From the IMG/VR virus record IMGVR_UViG_3300027967_000093: DNA of 64,000 nucleotides; one strand, written 5' to 3'. Positions 25,624 through 35,209 of this stretch are shown here, one piece after another. Source of the stretch: a virus. The notes under the pieces are model-generated. The model saw only the letters and a program-made list of their open reading frames with translations, ran no database searches and was not told where the DNA came from. Numbering within the stretch: position 1 is the stretch's first letter; each line of letters begins with the position of its first letter. Position numbers and translations under genes: made by a program.

Positions 25624-25770
25624 ATGGCAAAGTACACTCGTCACGATAGTAGAAACAAGAAACGCAATAAACATAAACAGATGGCCTTGAATGGAAAATC
25701 TGATACACGAAAAGTGAGAAGTAATGAGAAACGCGATTTTTCAATATATGATTGTCAACGACAAAGTTGA
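25624..25770 (+). CDS. 48-aa basic protein (MAKYTRHDSRNKKRNKHK...)
   Basis: fills the gap between lysozyme and GT; not in ORF track. Confidence 0.55.
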   Translation: MAKYTRHDSRNKKRNKHKQMALNGKSDTRKVRSNEKRDFSIYDCQRQS

Positions 25771-26542
25771 TGAACGTGGTGAAATAGAAGGTAGAAAAAG
25801 AAGTCAGGTCTATCAAGAATGTGCAGATATATCTCGTAACTCTTTTGCACAGTATGCAGACCACGTAGATGCGGATTATCACTATTCTGATGAAGCGGTA
25901 TACTGTAAGGATGACAACTCTACTGCAATACTATTTGAATGTTTGCGTGTAATCTACGATCCGATGTTCGACCAGTACGACAAGGTGCTCTTTGCCGATA
26001 CCGACATAGTAGTAAACACCGATGAAAACATCTTCGACCTCTGTGAAGACGGAGATGTTTTCGGTGTACTTGAGAGTGATATTGTCACTGCCAGTGGTGG
26101 TGGATATAACTCTTGGGATTATAAAAAAAGTACCTACATGGAATTTGTGAAGAAGTTCCAGATGCACGATGTTCCTATCGTACCATCACTACCCCCTAGT
26201 AGACCATCCAAGTTGACTATACTAAACACTGGTGTGGTCGTATGGACACGCGAGGCACGTCTACGTGCGCGTGAGTTGTTCATGCCTTGGAAGGAATGGT
26301 TCTACGCGAAACCCGAATTCCACATGTCTATAATGAATGACCAACCTTTCATCTCTGGACAGTTGATGAAACACGACTTCGATTTGGTCACCATAGACCA
26401 GACATGGAATGATTCCCCCCACTACGCTACCGAAGAAGAGTTCTTTGAAAAGGCGAAGATGTGTCACTATACTGGTGGAGGATGGAAAATCCTCATGCTA
26501 GACCACTATCACTCAAATAAATTCCGACTATTACCGAAATAA
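25724..26542 (+). CDS. GT-A glycosyltransferase (GT8/nucleotide-diphospho-sugar transferase-like)
   Basis: YDKVLFADTD, LNTGVV, NDQ, WN, HYTG. Confidence 0.75.
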   Translation: MRNAIFQYMIVNDKVDERGEIEGRKRSQVYQECADISRNSFAQYADHVDADYHYSDEAVYCKDDNSTAILFECLRVIYDPMFDQYDKVLFADTDIVVNTDENIFDLCEDGDVFGVLESDIVTASGGGYNSWDYKKSTYMEFVKKFQMHDVPIVPSLPPSRPSKLTILNTGVVVWTREARLRARELFMPWKEWFYAKPEFHMSIMNDQPFISGQLMKHDFDLVTIDQTWNDSPHYATEEEFFEKAKMCHYTGGGWKILMLDHYHSNKFRLLPK

Positions 26543-26555
26543 ATGTAGAAAACAC

Positions 26556-26584
26556 TTGACTTCTTGTTATGATAATGAGATAAT
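26556..26584 (+). promoter_or_regulatory. early promoter (repeat family copy 4)
   Basis: TTGACT-N17-GATAAT. Confidence 0.75.
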
Positions 26585-26614
26585 GGGTACCTAATTGAGA
26601 GAGAGGTGTTTATT

Positions 26615-26794
26615 ATGACTTATTATGAAACTGTCGCAAAGATGATTGAACTGATTCGTAAGGATAACGATAATCCACATTATGCAATTGGTTACCTTGA
26701 AAGTATGATGGGAGCTCTATGTAGGAGATATCCCGAAGTTCTTGAAGAAGTTATTAGTACTATTGATTATTTTGAAAGTAAGGAAGTAGAGTGA
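26615..26794 (+). CDS. early hypothetical protein
   Basis: YAIGYLESM; GAGG RBS. Confidence 0.6.
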   Translation: MTYYETVAKMIELIRKDNDNPHYAIGYLESMMGALCRRYPEVLEEVISTIDYFESKEVE

Positions 26795-27372
26795 ATAAAG
26801 AAAATGTAATATTGACAGACATCGATGGTGTAGTTCTTAACTGGTTCTACGCATTCGATATCTGGATGAACGAACACGGTCACAAGTTAGCTGACCCAAC
26901 AAACCTAGTCTATGATGTCAGTGAAGCCTATGGTATTGACAAGGCGACAGGTAAGATGTTAGTCCGTATGTTTAACGAGAGTGCCCATGTCGGGTTCCTT
27001 CCCCCACTACGTGATGCAATGCATTACATGAAGAAGTTGCACGAAGAACATGGTTATGTGTTCCATGCGATTACTAGTCTGAGTGATAACCCCAACGCAC
27101 AGAAGTTGCGTATCCTAAACCTTCAGAAGTTGTTCGGTGAGACTTTGTTTGAGAAGTTCATTATCCTTGGTTGTGGTGATGACAAAGACGAAGCGTTAGA
27201 ACCTTACCGTGACACCGAATGTCTATGGGTAGAAGATAAACCTGAGAATGCCGAACTAGGTGTTGAACTTGGTCTGGAGAGTGTGTTGATGGAACATGGT
27301 TTCAACATGAACCACCCAACTATCCCTTGCATGAAAAACTGGAAAGAGATCTACGAAAAACTGGTTGGTTAA
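26791..27372 (+). CDS. HAD-family phosphatase (T4 gp30.2-like / 5'(3')-deoxyribonucleotidase-like)
   Basis: LTDIDGV, HAITSL, WVEDKPEN, HGFN. Confidence 0.8.
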   Translation: MNKENVILTDIDGVVLNWFYAFDIWMNEHGHKLADPTNLVYDVSEAYGIDKATGKMLVRMFNESAHVGFLPPLRDAMHYMKKLHEEHGYVFHAITSLSDNPNAQKLRILNLQKLFGETLFEKFIILGCGDDKDEALEPYRDTECLWVEDKPENAELGVELGLESVLMEHGFNMNHPTIPCMKNWKEIYEKLVG

Positions 27373-27418
27373 TCATATGATATATAACCTCGAGATTAAA
27401 TTTAATTGAGAGGTTATA

Positions 27419-28918
27419 ATGCGCTTTACTGGATTCAGTGAGTATTATCATGATGCAGCACTGACTGTAATTAACGAAGATGGTGTGGTGGAGTTTGCTT
27501 CCCATGCCGAACGTTATTCTAAAAAGAAAAACGACCCCATTATACCAGATTCTCTCTGGGAAGAAAATGTTCTTGATGACGACCACCTGTCATTCTACGA
27601 GAACATCGACAGTAAAAAAACCTACCGAAAAAACATGGCCGGAAAAGATGGTAAACATTTTCAAGGACGGTCGGTCACTACACAATCCGAAATACCTGTA
27701 TATGAGTCCCTTGCATATGATGTTTGTTATGACCACCATGTATCACATTGTGCGACAGCATTCTACACTAGACCATGGGAGTCTACCGAAGATACCGTAA
27801 TGGTCTCTATCGATGGTGTGGGTGAGTATCAGACCGCAGTCATCCTAGATAGTCAATTCAACTTAATCGAAGAGTGGCACTATCCCAAGTCTATTGGACT
27901 AGTCTACACAACTGCCACTAAAGTGTTGGGCTTGCGTCCACTTGAGGATGAGTATGTCGTTATGGGATTATCCTCATACGGTACCGCACCTAAAGAGATG
28001 GTTGACTGGTTGATTGACTGGTGGGAGAACACCCCTAATATCGCACCAGAAATCGCTCTAAAACAAGTCATTGATATAAAGGGTAGTGAGAGTTGGGGTC
28101 GTGGTGCAGACATGCGCAGTAAACTCAAAGATTGGGGTAACAAGTACGAAGACAAAGACTTTGCGGCTGGTATCCAGAAATTTGCAGAGTATGGAATTAT
28201 GCAAATAATGCATATTGCACGACAACACGGTTCTAAGTTGGTCTATGGTGGAGGATGTGCACAGAATGTTGTTATCAATTCAATGATACATGAACTGTTT
28301 GATGACATGCATATATCGGTATCACCTACTGATGCAGGTTCTTCTCTGGGTGCAGCTGCACTGTCATGGTCAAAGGAAACGGGTAAGGATAGACTTGAGT
28401 GGACACCTTATCTTGGTTACAACATTGACAGAGAGATAGACCCCAAGGAAGTAGTCGATCACCTCTTAGAACACGGTGTGTGTGGTCTGGCGAACGGTAG
28501 GGCGGAGTTTGGCCCCCGTGCACTGGGTAACAGGTCTCTTATTGCAGACGTTAGATATGACGTTAAGGATACGGTCAACACAATCAAACGTAGACAGAAG
28601 TATCGTCCGTTCGCACCTGCAATCCTTGCTGAACATGCACATGACTATTTCGAAGGGCCTATGAACGAGTACATGCAGTACACGTCTATAGCAAAACATC
28701 CATACGAGTCAGTGACTCACGTTGATGGGACTGCACGAGTGCAATTAGTACAACCTGACTGTCCAAGTATCTTCCGTAAGATAATTGAAGAGTACTATGC
28801 GCGTACAGGTATCCCTATGTTACTCAACACTTCATTGAATATCAGGGGAAGACCTATGGTGAACGATGAACATGATGCTGAATTGTGGGAACAAAAGTAC
28901 GGGGTAAAAGTGTTTTAA
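27419..28918 (+). CDS. carbamoyltransferase (NodU/CmcH family)
   Basis: HDAA, HHVSH, IDGVGE, EFGPRALGNRS, RPFAP, THVDGTARVQ, LLNTSLN. Confidence 0.9.
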   Translation: MRFTGFSEYYHDAALTVINEDGVVEFASHAERYSKKKNDPIIPDSLWEENVLDDDHLSFYENIDSKKTYRKNMAGKDGKHFQGRSVTTQSEIPVYESLAYDVCYDHHVSHCATAFYTRPWESTEDTVMVSIDGVGEYQTAVILDSQFNLIEEWHYPKSIGLVYTTATKVLGLRPLEDEYVVMGLSSYGTAPKEMVDWLIDWWENTPNIAPEIALKQVIDIKGSESWGRGADMRSKLKDWGNKYEDKDFAAGIQKFAEYGIMQIMHIARQHGSKLVYGGGCAQNVVINSMIHELFDDMHISVSPTDAGSSLGAAALSWSKETGKDRLEWTPYLGYNIDREIDPKEVVDHLLEHGVCGLANGRAEFGPRALGNRSLIADVRYDVKDTVNTIKRRQKYRPFAPAILAEHAHDYFEGPMNEYMQYTSIAKHPYESVTHVDGTARVQLVQPDCPSIFRKIIEEYYARTGIPMLLNTSLNIRGRPMVNDEHDAELWEQKYGVKVF

Positions 28919-28926
28919 TATAAATA
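28919..28926 (+). promoter_or_regulatory. T4-type late promoter
   Basis: TATAAATA heading the 28963-36415 cluster. Confidence 0.65.
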
Positions 28927-28962
28927 CCATTACTAATAACTACAATAATAAGGGTATAAGTA

Positions 28963-29307
28963 ATGGTAGATAAAACGCAGATTACAGTAGACAGCGATGG
29001 TTCACTGGCTGGTGCAGATCTAGATGGAGATGGACACATCACCGAACAGGAACTCAAGATGCACCTTGAGTTTAAACGTAAAGAGTTAGAGGATGCGGAC
29101 GCAATGCGTGATGCACAAAGGAACATGGCTTGGTTCGCATTGACTGGTATGTTACTATACCCGTTTGCAGTAGTCCTTGCATCCGTGATTGGATTGGACA
29201 GTGCAGCGAAAATCCTTGGTGATATGGCCGCGACCTACTTTGTTTCTGTTGCCGCAATCGTAATGGGGTTCTATGGTAAAGAGGCTCTCGCAAATAAAGG
29301 TAAATGA
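28963..29307 (+). CDS. two-TM membrane protein with EF-hand-like loop (holin candidate)
   Basis: DLDGDGHITEQE; two hydrophobic helices. Confidence 0.65.
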   Translation: MVDKTQITVDSDGSLAGADLDGDGHITEQELKMHLEFKRKELEDADAMRDAQRNMAWFALTGMLLYPFAVVLASVIGLDSAAKILGDMAATYFVSVAAIVMGFYGKEALANKGK

Positions 29308-30167
29308 TGGAATTAATAACTTGGCGTGGTACGCCAGGAGTAGGTGACTTTATGTGGGCGCTTAATTGCGCCCACAATTATTGTTATCATAATAACATAA
29401 AGGTCAACCTAGAATTTCATTGGGAACATGATGAGAAACACTTACATCATTTCGAAGACCCCGAGACAATAATCGAACGTCTCGAATATCTACACAACTT
29501 CTATCATCGCAAAGATGATGTCACAGTAACACACGTATTCAATTCTGACGGACGATACACGGACTGGAGTTACAACGATGACTTGGTTCCGGAAGATGAT
29601 GGTAGTATCCGTATCGCAGCCATACGTAGACCTAATAAGTCACGGTTCTGGTTTCAGAGTGGCGCATACTCGGACAAAGAAGGTTCGGGTGCACCTGACC
29701 CCAACTGGATATTCCGAGAAGACGCATTCCGAGAGATAGACAAAAATAAGATTGTTATATGGAGACCTACGTTTAATGCAGAGGTTCCTAGGACTTGGAA
29801 AAGACAGTTGACAAATGATGATTGGGATGATATAATAAGCTTACTGCGTCAGGGAGGATTATATGTAGTAGAATTGACTTACAGAACACCAGTAAGTGAA
29901 GCATTACATCACATCTCTACGTGCAGAATGATACTGTCTTATGATGGTATGTGGCATTACATAGCACGTAATCTATGTAGACCTATGGTAGTGGTCAGTA
30001 CTGAAGGAATCACTAAATACCATACTCCGAACTGTGTACGTGCGAGTCCGGATAAGAATCAAGACACCAATATATTCTGGTGGATGAATAATATTCGAGA
30101 CATGTTAGGCCACAGTAAGAAGAAAGCAATAGAATTTGAACAAATAATGAGAGAATATCATGGGTGA
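29304..30167 (+). CDS. GT-B (GT9-like) glycosyltransferase
   Basis: PGVGDF near N-terminus; ISTCRMILSYDGMWHYIARNLCRPMVV. Confidence 0.55.
   Translation: MMELITWRGTPGVGDFMWALNCAHNYCYHNNIKVNLEFHWEHDEKHLHHFEDPETIIERLEYLHNFYHRKDDVTVTHVFNSDGRYTDWSYNDDLVPEDDGSIRIAAIRRPNKSRFWFQSGAYSDKEGSGAPDPNWIFREDAFREIDKNKIVIWRPTFNAEVPRTWKRQLTNDDWDDIISLLRQGGLYVVELTYRTPVSEALHHISTCRMILSYDGMWHYIARNLCRPMVVVSTEGITKYHTPNCVRASPDKNQDTNIFWWMNNIRDMLGHSKKKAIEFEQIMREYHG
29808..29836 (+). promoter_or_regulatory. perfect-consensus sigma70 promoter inside CDS 29304
   Basis: TTGACA-N17-TATAAT with TGn extended -10. Confidence 0.6.
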
Positions 30168-31137
30168 AATAAATATAGACAGAGCGGTAATTGAAGTACA
30201 GGGCGGCTGTAATTTTGATTGTACAATGTGTCCTCAAGATAAACGTACCGGAGGTAGACACAAAGGTTTCCTAACCAAGATGTCACTGATAGAGTTTGAA
30301 GATAATGTGAGAGACTGTGCACAACATGGACTGAATGTTGTCAACCTAGATGGTTCGGGTGAAGCAACCATGAATCGCAACCTACCCGAATACATTAAGA
30401 TAGTTAAGAGATACGGTGCGCAAGCAGTCATCTTCTCTAATGGTTTTCGTATGCACGGTCAATTCATGAAGGATTGTGTGGACGCAGGATTGGACTTCTT
30501 CCGATTCTCTTTCGTTGGGTCTACTCCTGAGAAGTATGATGAGTGGATGCATAACACACGTGGTAGTAACTATCATCTGATTAAAAAGAATATAACAGAA
30601 ATGATTGATTACGTAAAAGCAACCGAATCTGATTGCGTGGTAGAGACGTACCATCTCATCACCGATAATAATAATATTGAAGAAGAACTAGAACAGTACA
30701 AAGAACTAGTAGAAGAACTTGGTTGCAAGACTGAGATATGGAAAATGCATAACTGGAGTGGCGCATATGATATTGGAGATAATGCAAGAACCGGAGACAT
30801 CAAAACTTGTGGTCGCCCTTTTTCTCCTGACGTTGTTATCCGTGCTGGTGGGTTGGATGGCCATCGTGGTGCAGTTCATCCGTGCTGCCAAGTACTTGGT
30901 CGAGATGAAGAAGCAGTCCTTGGACACACCTCAGTCAATACCATCGAAGAAATAATCCGAGGAGAAGAGTACTCTGCGTTACGAGAGTCTCATAGAACCG
31001 GAGAGTATACCAACTACTGTAAAGGTTGTGATTTTTTACTTGACACTCCGGAGACATTGGTGTATACTAATAATTCTAGAGCTGAAATGAAGATGATTGG
31101 TACTAGTTTTGACCTTAATGATTATAGGAATGTTTAG
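30160..31137 (+). CDS. radical SAM / SPASM-domain protein
   Basis: CNFDCTMC; GSGE; SNG; CGRPF...VHPCC...CKGC. Confidence 0.85.
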   Translation: MGEINIDRAVIEVQGGCNFDCTMCPQDKRTGGRHKGFLTKMSLIEFEDNVRDCAQHGLNVVNLDGSGEATMNRNLPEYIKIVKRYGAQAVIFSNGFRMHGQFMKDCVDAGLDFFRFSFVGSTPEKYDEWMHNTRGSNYHLIKKNITEMIDYVKATESDCVVETYHLITDNNNIEEELEQYKELVEELGCKTEIWKMHNWSGAYDIGDNARTGDIKTCGRPFSPDVVIRAGGLDGHRGAVHPCCQVLGRDEEAVLGHTSVNTIEEIIRGEEYSALRESHRTGEYTNYCKGCDFLLDTPETLVYTNNSRAEMKMIGTSFDLNDYRNV

Positions 31138-31931
31138 TGAAAAGATTAATATATCAGGTTTGTCTGGGACGACAGACCGATTCTAAGTTGTACAAGACGT
31201 GTATCGATAGTGTTGCAGAGTACGCAGAACGTCATGGTATCGAACATCGTGTTCAACGTACACCTATTCTCAAGATAAAACCAGACCCTTTCACCAGTAA
31301 TCGAAGTACTGATAGTTGGCAGAAACATGGTGGGTTCTTACCTATCTATGAGAAAGAGAATGCGTTTGACTTACTTGATGAGTATGACCAGATTGCAATC
31401 ATCGATGCAGACATTTATATTCGTGAAGACGCACCAAACATCTTTGATGAAATGGAAGATGATAAAGCATGGGGTTCAGTTGTAGAACGTGAGATGCCTA
31501 TCACTGAGAAGTACAAACAGAAGATTACTAATTACTCACATATGCAGTATCAAACACTTCATACTATAACAAGTTTTAAACCGAACAATCTTGGTTATGA
31601 ATTCTTTAACATGGGTATGATTGTACTGAACTGTAAGAACTTTAAACCATATCTGAATGGCGATGATGCTAAGACGTTTATTAATCGTATGGAGTTTAAG
31701 TCATTTGTTGATGGTAGAGGTGCATGGAAGTGGTCGACAGACCAGACACTTCTAAACTACTTCTTGAAAAGGTATGAAGTACCTGTACAACACTTATCGC
31801 ACGTATGGAATGGATTGTACGGTGCAAACACTAAGATTGAAGAATGTCACTTCGTACACTTCTTTCTAAAAGACTTACTACCCGACAAGGGCGAGAACGT
31901 AACACAATTAATGAAGGACATTAAAGCATAA
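31137..31931 (+). CDS. GT-A glycosyltransferase (GT8-like)
   Basis: YDQIAIIDADI, FNMGM, TDQTLLN, WN, FVHFF. Confidence 0.75.
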   Translation: MKRLIYQVCLGRQTDSKLYKTCIDSVAEYAERHGIEHRVQRTPILKIKPDPFTSNRSTDSWQKHGGFLPIYEKENAFDLLDEYDQIAIIDADIYIREDAPNIFDEMEDDKAWGSVVEREMPITEKYKQKITNYSHMQYQTLHTITSFKPNNLGYEFFNMGMIVLNCKNFKPYLNGDDAKTFINRMEFKSFVDGRGAWKWSTDQTLLNYFLKRYEVPVQHLSHVWNGLYGANTKIEECHFVHFFLKDLLPDKGENVTQLMKDIKA

Positions 31932-32656
31932 TGATTGACGCATATATTATTAGGATTGACAACAACGGCAAACAAACGGAAGGGGCCGCCAGTTGTCTTG
32001 CAAGTATTCGTAAGACAGATTCGCAAGTCAGTCCAATATTCTTTGGTGCGACAGTACCAGATACAATTGATAAACACTTAAAGAATGAATTTAATTATTA
32101 TGATTCGACTAAGTGGAAGTGGTCATGGCCAACTGACCCAAGTCAGAATGGTCTTGATTTGAAAACAGGATTGTATAAGTTCTGCTACGAAGCGGCAGAC
32201 CAACAAAAGAAACTTGCATGTACTTTATCTCATATGAGACTATGGGATAAGTGTGTTACTGATAACAAACCTATTCTTATTCTTGAAGCAGATGCACTAT
32301 TCACACGTCAGTTCAATCTTGACGAGGTAAGGGGTACAGTCATTTGTGGATTGAATGACCCTCATAAAGCAACAAGACGTGCAAAGATATTTCATTCCAA
32401 AGCAAGAGAGAAACATGGCATTCAATCAGTACCGACAGTGAATGGTATCGGTGAACCTCCAGTACCTCAAGGTATCGCAGGGAACAGTGCATACTATATA
32501 ACACCAGAGGGAGCGAAAGCATTACTTGACTTTGTTTCAATTCACGGTGCATGGCCAAATGATGCATTAATGTGTAAAGAGATGTTCCCACAATTACGAA
32601 TAGTTTATCCTTACTTCACAAGAGTGCAGGGTACAGAATCAACAACAACGAGGTAG
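31931..32656 (+). CDS. GT25-like glycosyltransferase
   Basis: ACTLSHMRLW, PILILEADA, SAYYITPEGAKALL, PND. Confidence 0.75.
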   Translation: MIDAYIIRIDNNGKQTEGAASCLASIRKTDSQVSPIFFGATVPDTIDKHLKNEFNYYDSTKWKWSWPTDPSQNGLDLKTGLYKFCYEAADQQKKLACTLSHMRLWDKCVTDNKPILILEADALFTRQFNLDEVRGTVICGLNDPHKATRRAKIFHSKAREKHGIQSVPTVNGIGEPPVPQGIAGNSAYYITPEGAKALLDFVSIHGAWPNDALMCKEMFPQLRIVYPYFTRVQGTESTTTR

Positions 32657-32659
32657 ATA

Positions 32660-32917
32660 ATGAAAGTATTGCATGATTATGTCCTAGTGACCGAAGACAG
32701 TAAAAAAGAAAAGACGACCGAGTTTGGATTAATCCTATCGTCTGATATTGAGACCGGAATGAAACCCGCAGTGGTAATTGCATTTGGTGACCAAGTAGAA
32801 GGTCTTTCTCCCGAGAACAAAGTATACTTGGATTGGAAAGAAGCAATGCCTGTCGAACTAGATGGATTGAAGTGCGGTGTCATTAAGTTCGAACATATTA
32901 AATTAATCGTGGACTAA
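32660..32917 (+). CDS. groES: GroES-like co-chaperonin
   Basis: MKVLHDYVLV...TTEFGLIL...AVVIAFG. Confidence 0.7.
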   Translation: MKVLHDYVLVTEDSKKEKTTEFGLILSSDIETGMKPAVVIAFGDQVEGLSPENKVYLDWKEAMPVELDGLKCGVIKFEHIKLIVD

Positions 32918-32918
32918 T

Positions 32919-33572
32919 ATGAAATCTTTTGTTATTACGATTGAAGACAATCACCTATCCCAACAAGCTGCGGATAGGTGTATTGCAAGTGCCAAACGAT
33001 ACGGTATCAAGGTAGAGAAGTTTCCGGCAATCACTCCTAGACATCCAGACTTCGAGTCTATGGTCAAGGATGCGGGTCTTCAAGTTCATATGTTTCAGGG
33101 TGGTTATTCTAAGACCGAGAATGCACTTGCGTGTTTCCTTTCACATATGTCACTATGGAAGTATTCAGTCGAGACCAAACAAGATGTGATGATATTAGAA
33201 CACGATGCAATATTCACTGGTCGTGTTCCGGTATTGTTTGGATTCCATAAGTGTGTTACAATTGGACAACCTAGTTACGGTAAGTTTAAGACACCGATGA
33301 CACTAGGTACGTCTCCGTTAGTACAGGCAGATTACTTTAAGGGTGCACACTCTTATATCGTCAGACCTTCTGGTGCAGAAGAGTTTCTGGAAAAGGTCTC
33401 TGACTATTCCCGACCCACCGATATCTATCTTAATCTAATGAACTTCCCTTGGTTAGAAGAGTATTACCCATGGCCTGTAGTGGTAGATGATTCGTTCAGT
33501 ACTATTCAGAATCAGCAAGGGTGTCTCGCAAAACACAACTATGGAAAAGGGATACACTTGGTAGAAGCATGA
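32919..33572 (+). CDS. GT25-like glycosyltransferase
   Basis: KFPAI, ACFLSHMSLW, ILEHDA, GAHSYIVRPSGA, PTD. Confidence 0.75.
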   Translation: MKSFVITIEDNHLSQQAADRCIASAKRYGIKVEKFPAITPRHPDFESMVKDAGLQVHMFQGGYSKTENALACFLSHMSLWKYSVETKQDVMILEHDAIFTGRVPVLFGFHKCVTIGQPSYGKFKTPMTLGTSPLVQADYFKGAHSYIVRPSGAEEFLEKVSDYSRPTDIYLNLMNFPWLEEYYPWPVVVDDSFSTIQNQQGCLAKHNYGKGIHLVEA

Positions 33573-34282
33573 TTAACTTAATTACTGTATGTACAGATCA
33601 ATACCCCATGGAGTATGCCCGTAAGTTGATTACTCGATTCAAAGAGTTAACCAACTATGAAGTAACTTCGTGGTGTATTACCGACCGACCAGATGAGATT
33701 TCGGATATTGCGAATACCATCGAACCACCGTTTGGTTCAGGTAAAGGTTGGTGGAACAAGATGAAAGCATACGATTCATTCTACGAAGGGTATGCTGTCT
33801 ACCTTGATATCGACACTGTTCTAATCAAGAACTTCGATGATGAGATACGAGAGGCAATCCTTGCACTAGAGAGTGAGGTTGTTAAGGTCGCATGTGTGTC
33901 TGATGCGATTGGATGGAAGAACAATAAATACAGTTCTTCTATGATGGTTCTGAAGAGTGGTAAGATGCAGGAAGTATTCGACCTATTCTCGTTAGAAAGT
34001 TGGAAACTGTTTAACTATGATGGTGGTGACCAAGTATGGACGGGTCGTCTACTTAACGAGTGGAAGGCAGGTGGTTACTCCGAGATTTATTACATGGACG
34101 AAGAGTTCAACCAAAACCTTAAGCTCAATCTTAAATTCCATCTGGGGAGTAAGGTATTGGGTAATTGGATATTCCCTAAGTATATCCCAAGTGGATGTAA
34201 AATTGTAGATTGTGGAGGTAGACCTAAACCACATGATTTGGAATACTTACCGTATATAAAAAAGGCGTGGCACGATGTTTAG
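33569..34282 (+). CDS. GT-A glycosyltransferase-like protein
   Basis: CITD, GWWNKM, VYLDIDT, SSSMM, GGDQ, GRPKPH. Confidence 0.7.
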   Translation: MINLITVCTDQYPMEYARKLITRFKELTNYEVTSWCITDRPDEISDIANTIEPPFGSGKGWWNKMKAYDSFYEGYAVYLDIDTVLIKNFDDEIREAILALESEVVKVACVSDAIGWKNNKYSSSMMVLKSGKMQEVFDLFSLESWKLFNYDGGDQVWTGRLLNEWKAGGYSEIYYMDEEFNQNLKLNLKFHLGSKVLGNWIFPKYIPSGCKIVDCGGRPKPHDLEYLPYIKKAWHDV

Positions 34283-34670
34283 TAAAATATTATTAGGAGT
34301 GGTACTTTGTATGGGTATCACTTTTGCAGGATTCTATCAGTTAATACACAAACCTTTGTTGGGTCAAGTTGCACAACAACAGGTACTTCTTGCGGCACAA
34401 GAGTTGCGTGAACAGGAACAAGTAAAGACGATAGAAGCGTTACAGAATAACCTACAGAAGACTTCCGAAGCATTGAATGCGATGTCCTCTCGTAATGCAG
34501 AGATTGAGGCAGAGTCTAAACGATACCTTGCAATCTTTGCACGACATAACCTATCACGACTTGCAGCTGCAAAACCGACTCTGATAGAAACAAGAATCAA
34601 CCGAGGAACTAAAGATGTATTCGACAGTATCGAAAACGACACTGCTGTTATTGATAACACTGATAAGTAG
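34275..34670 (+). CDS. putative inner-membrane spanin (Rz-like)
   Basis: N-terminal TM plus coiled coil; LAAAKPTLIETRINRGT; overlaps lipoprotein gene. Confidence 0.6.
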   Translation: MFSKILLGVVLCMGITFAGFYQLIHKPLLGQVAQQQVLLAAQELREQEQVKTIEALQNNLQKTSEALNAMSSRNAEIEAESKRYLAIFARHNLSRLAAAKPTLIETRINRGTKDVFDSIENDTAVIDNTDK

Positions 34671-35031
34671 TGGTTGTACAACACTAGGTAACTGGGGTAA
34701 AGTACCAGAACCTATACCAGTAGAGATTAAGACAGTAGAGATAAAGGTTCCTATTATCCATCCTGCAATGCCTAGACAGATTGACCTCAAAGACCCTCAG
34801 TGGTATGTGGTCAGTGACAAGAACATTGACACTTTTCTAGAGGATATTGCGAAACGACACGAAGGTCAGTTGGTCTTTATTGCAATGTCGGTAGGTGATT
34901 ATGAGTTGATGTCATATAACATGCAGGAAATAAAACGATATATAAATCAACTAAAAGAAGTTGTGATATACTATCGCACTATGAATACAGATGAACCAGA
35001 GGTTGTAGAGAATGAGAAAACAGATAATTGA
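34615..35031 (+). CDS. putative outer-membrane spanin lipoprotein (Rz1-like)
   Basis: lipobox LISSGC; Pro-rich linker; YELMSYNMQEIKRYI. Confidence 0.6.
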   Translation: MYSTVSKTTLLLLITLISSGCTTLGNWGKVPEPIPVEIKTVEIKVPIIHPAMPRQIDLKDPQWYVVSDKNIDTFLEDIAKRHEGQLVFIAMSVGDYELMSYNMQEIKRYINQLKEVVIYYRTMNTDEPEVVENEKTDN

Positions 35032-35209
35032 GTCGTTGACATCCCATGCGGTGGGTAAAATCAACAAACATAAAATGAACGTTGAAGTTTACTTGACCAA
35101 TCCTGCGGGTATTGGTGAACATCCTGATGTGATGGAAGCTATAGAACACGAGTTGAAGATTATTGCAGACTACCATGAACAGTTAGAGATTTTGGAGAGG
35201 TATTTTTAA
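35012..35209 (+). CDS. conserved T4-like phage protein
   Basis: HKMNVEVYLTNPAGIGEHPDV. Confidence 0.75.
   Translation: MRKQIIESLTSHAVGKINKHKMNVEVYLTNPAGIGEHPDVMEAIEHELKIIADYHEQLEILERYF

Noticed and set aside
30782-30955. +1-frame ORF with a TM-like stretch inside the radical SAM gene
   Set aside because: RBS spacing only about 3 nt, short tail and weak codon shift; cannot be distinguished from chance
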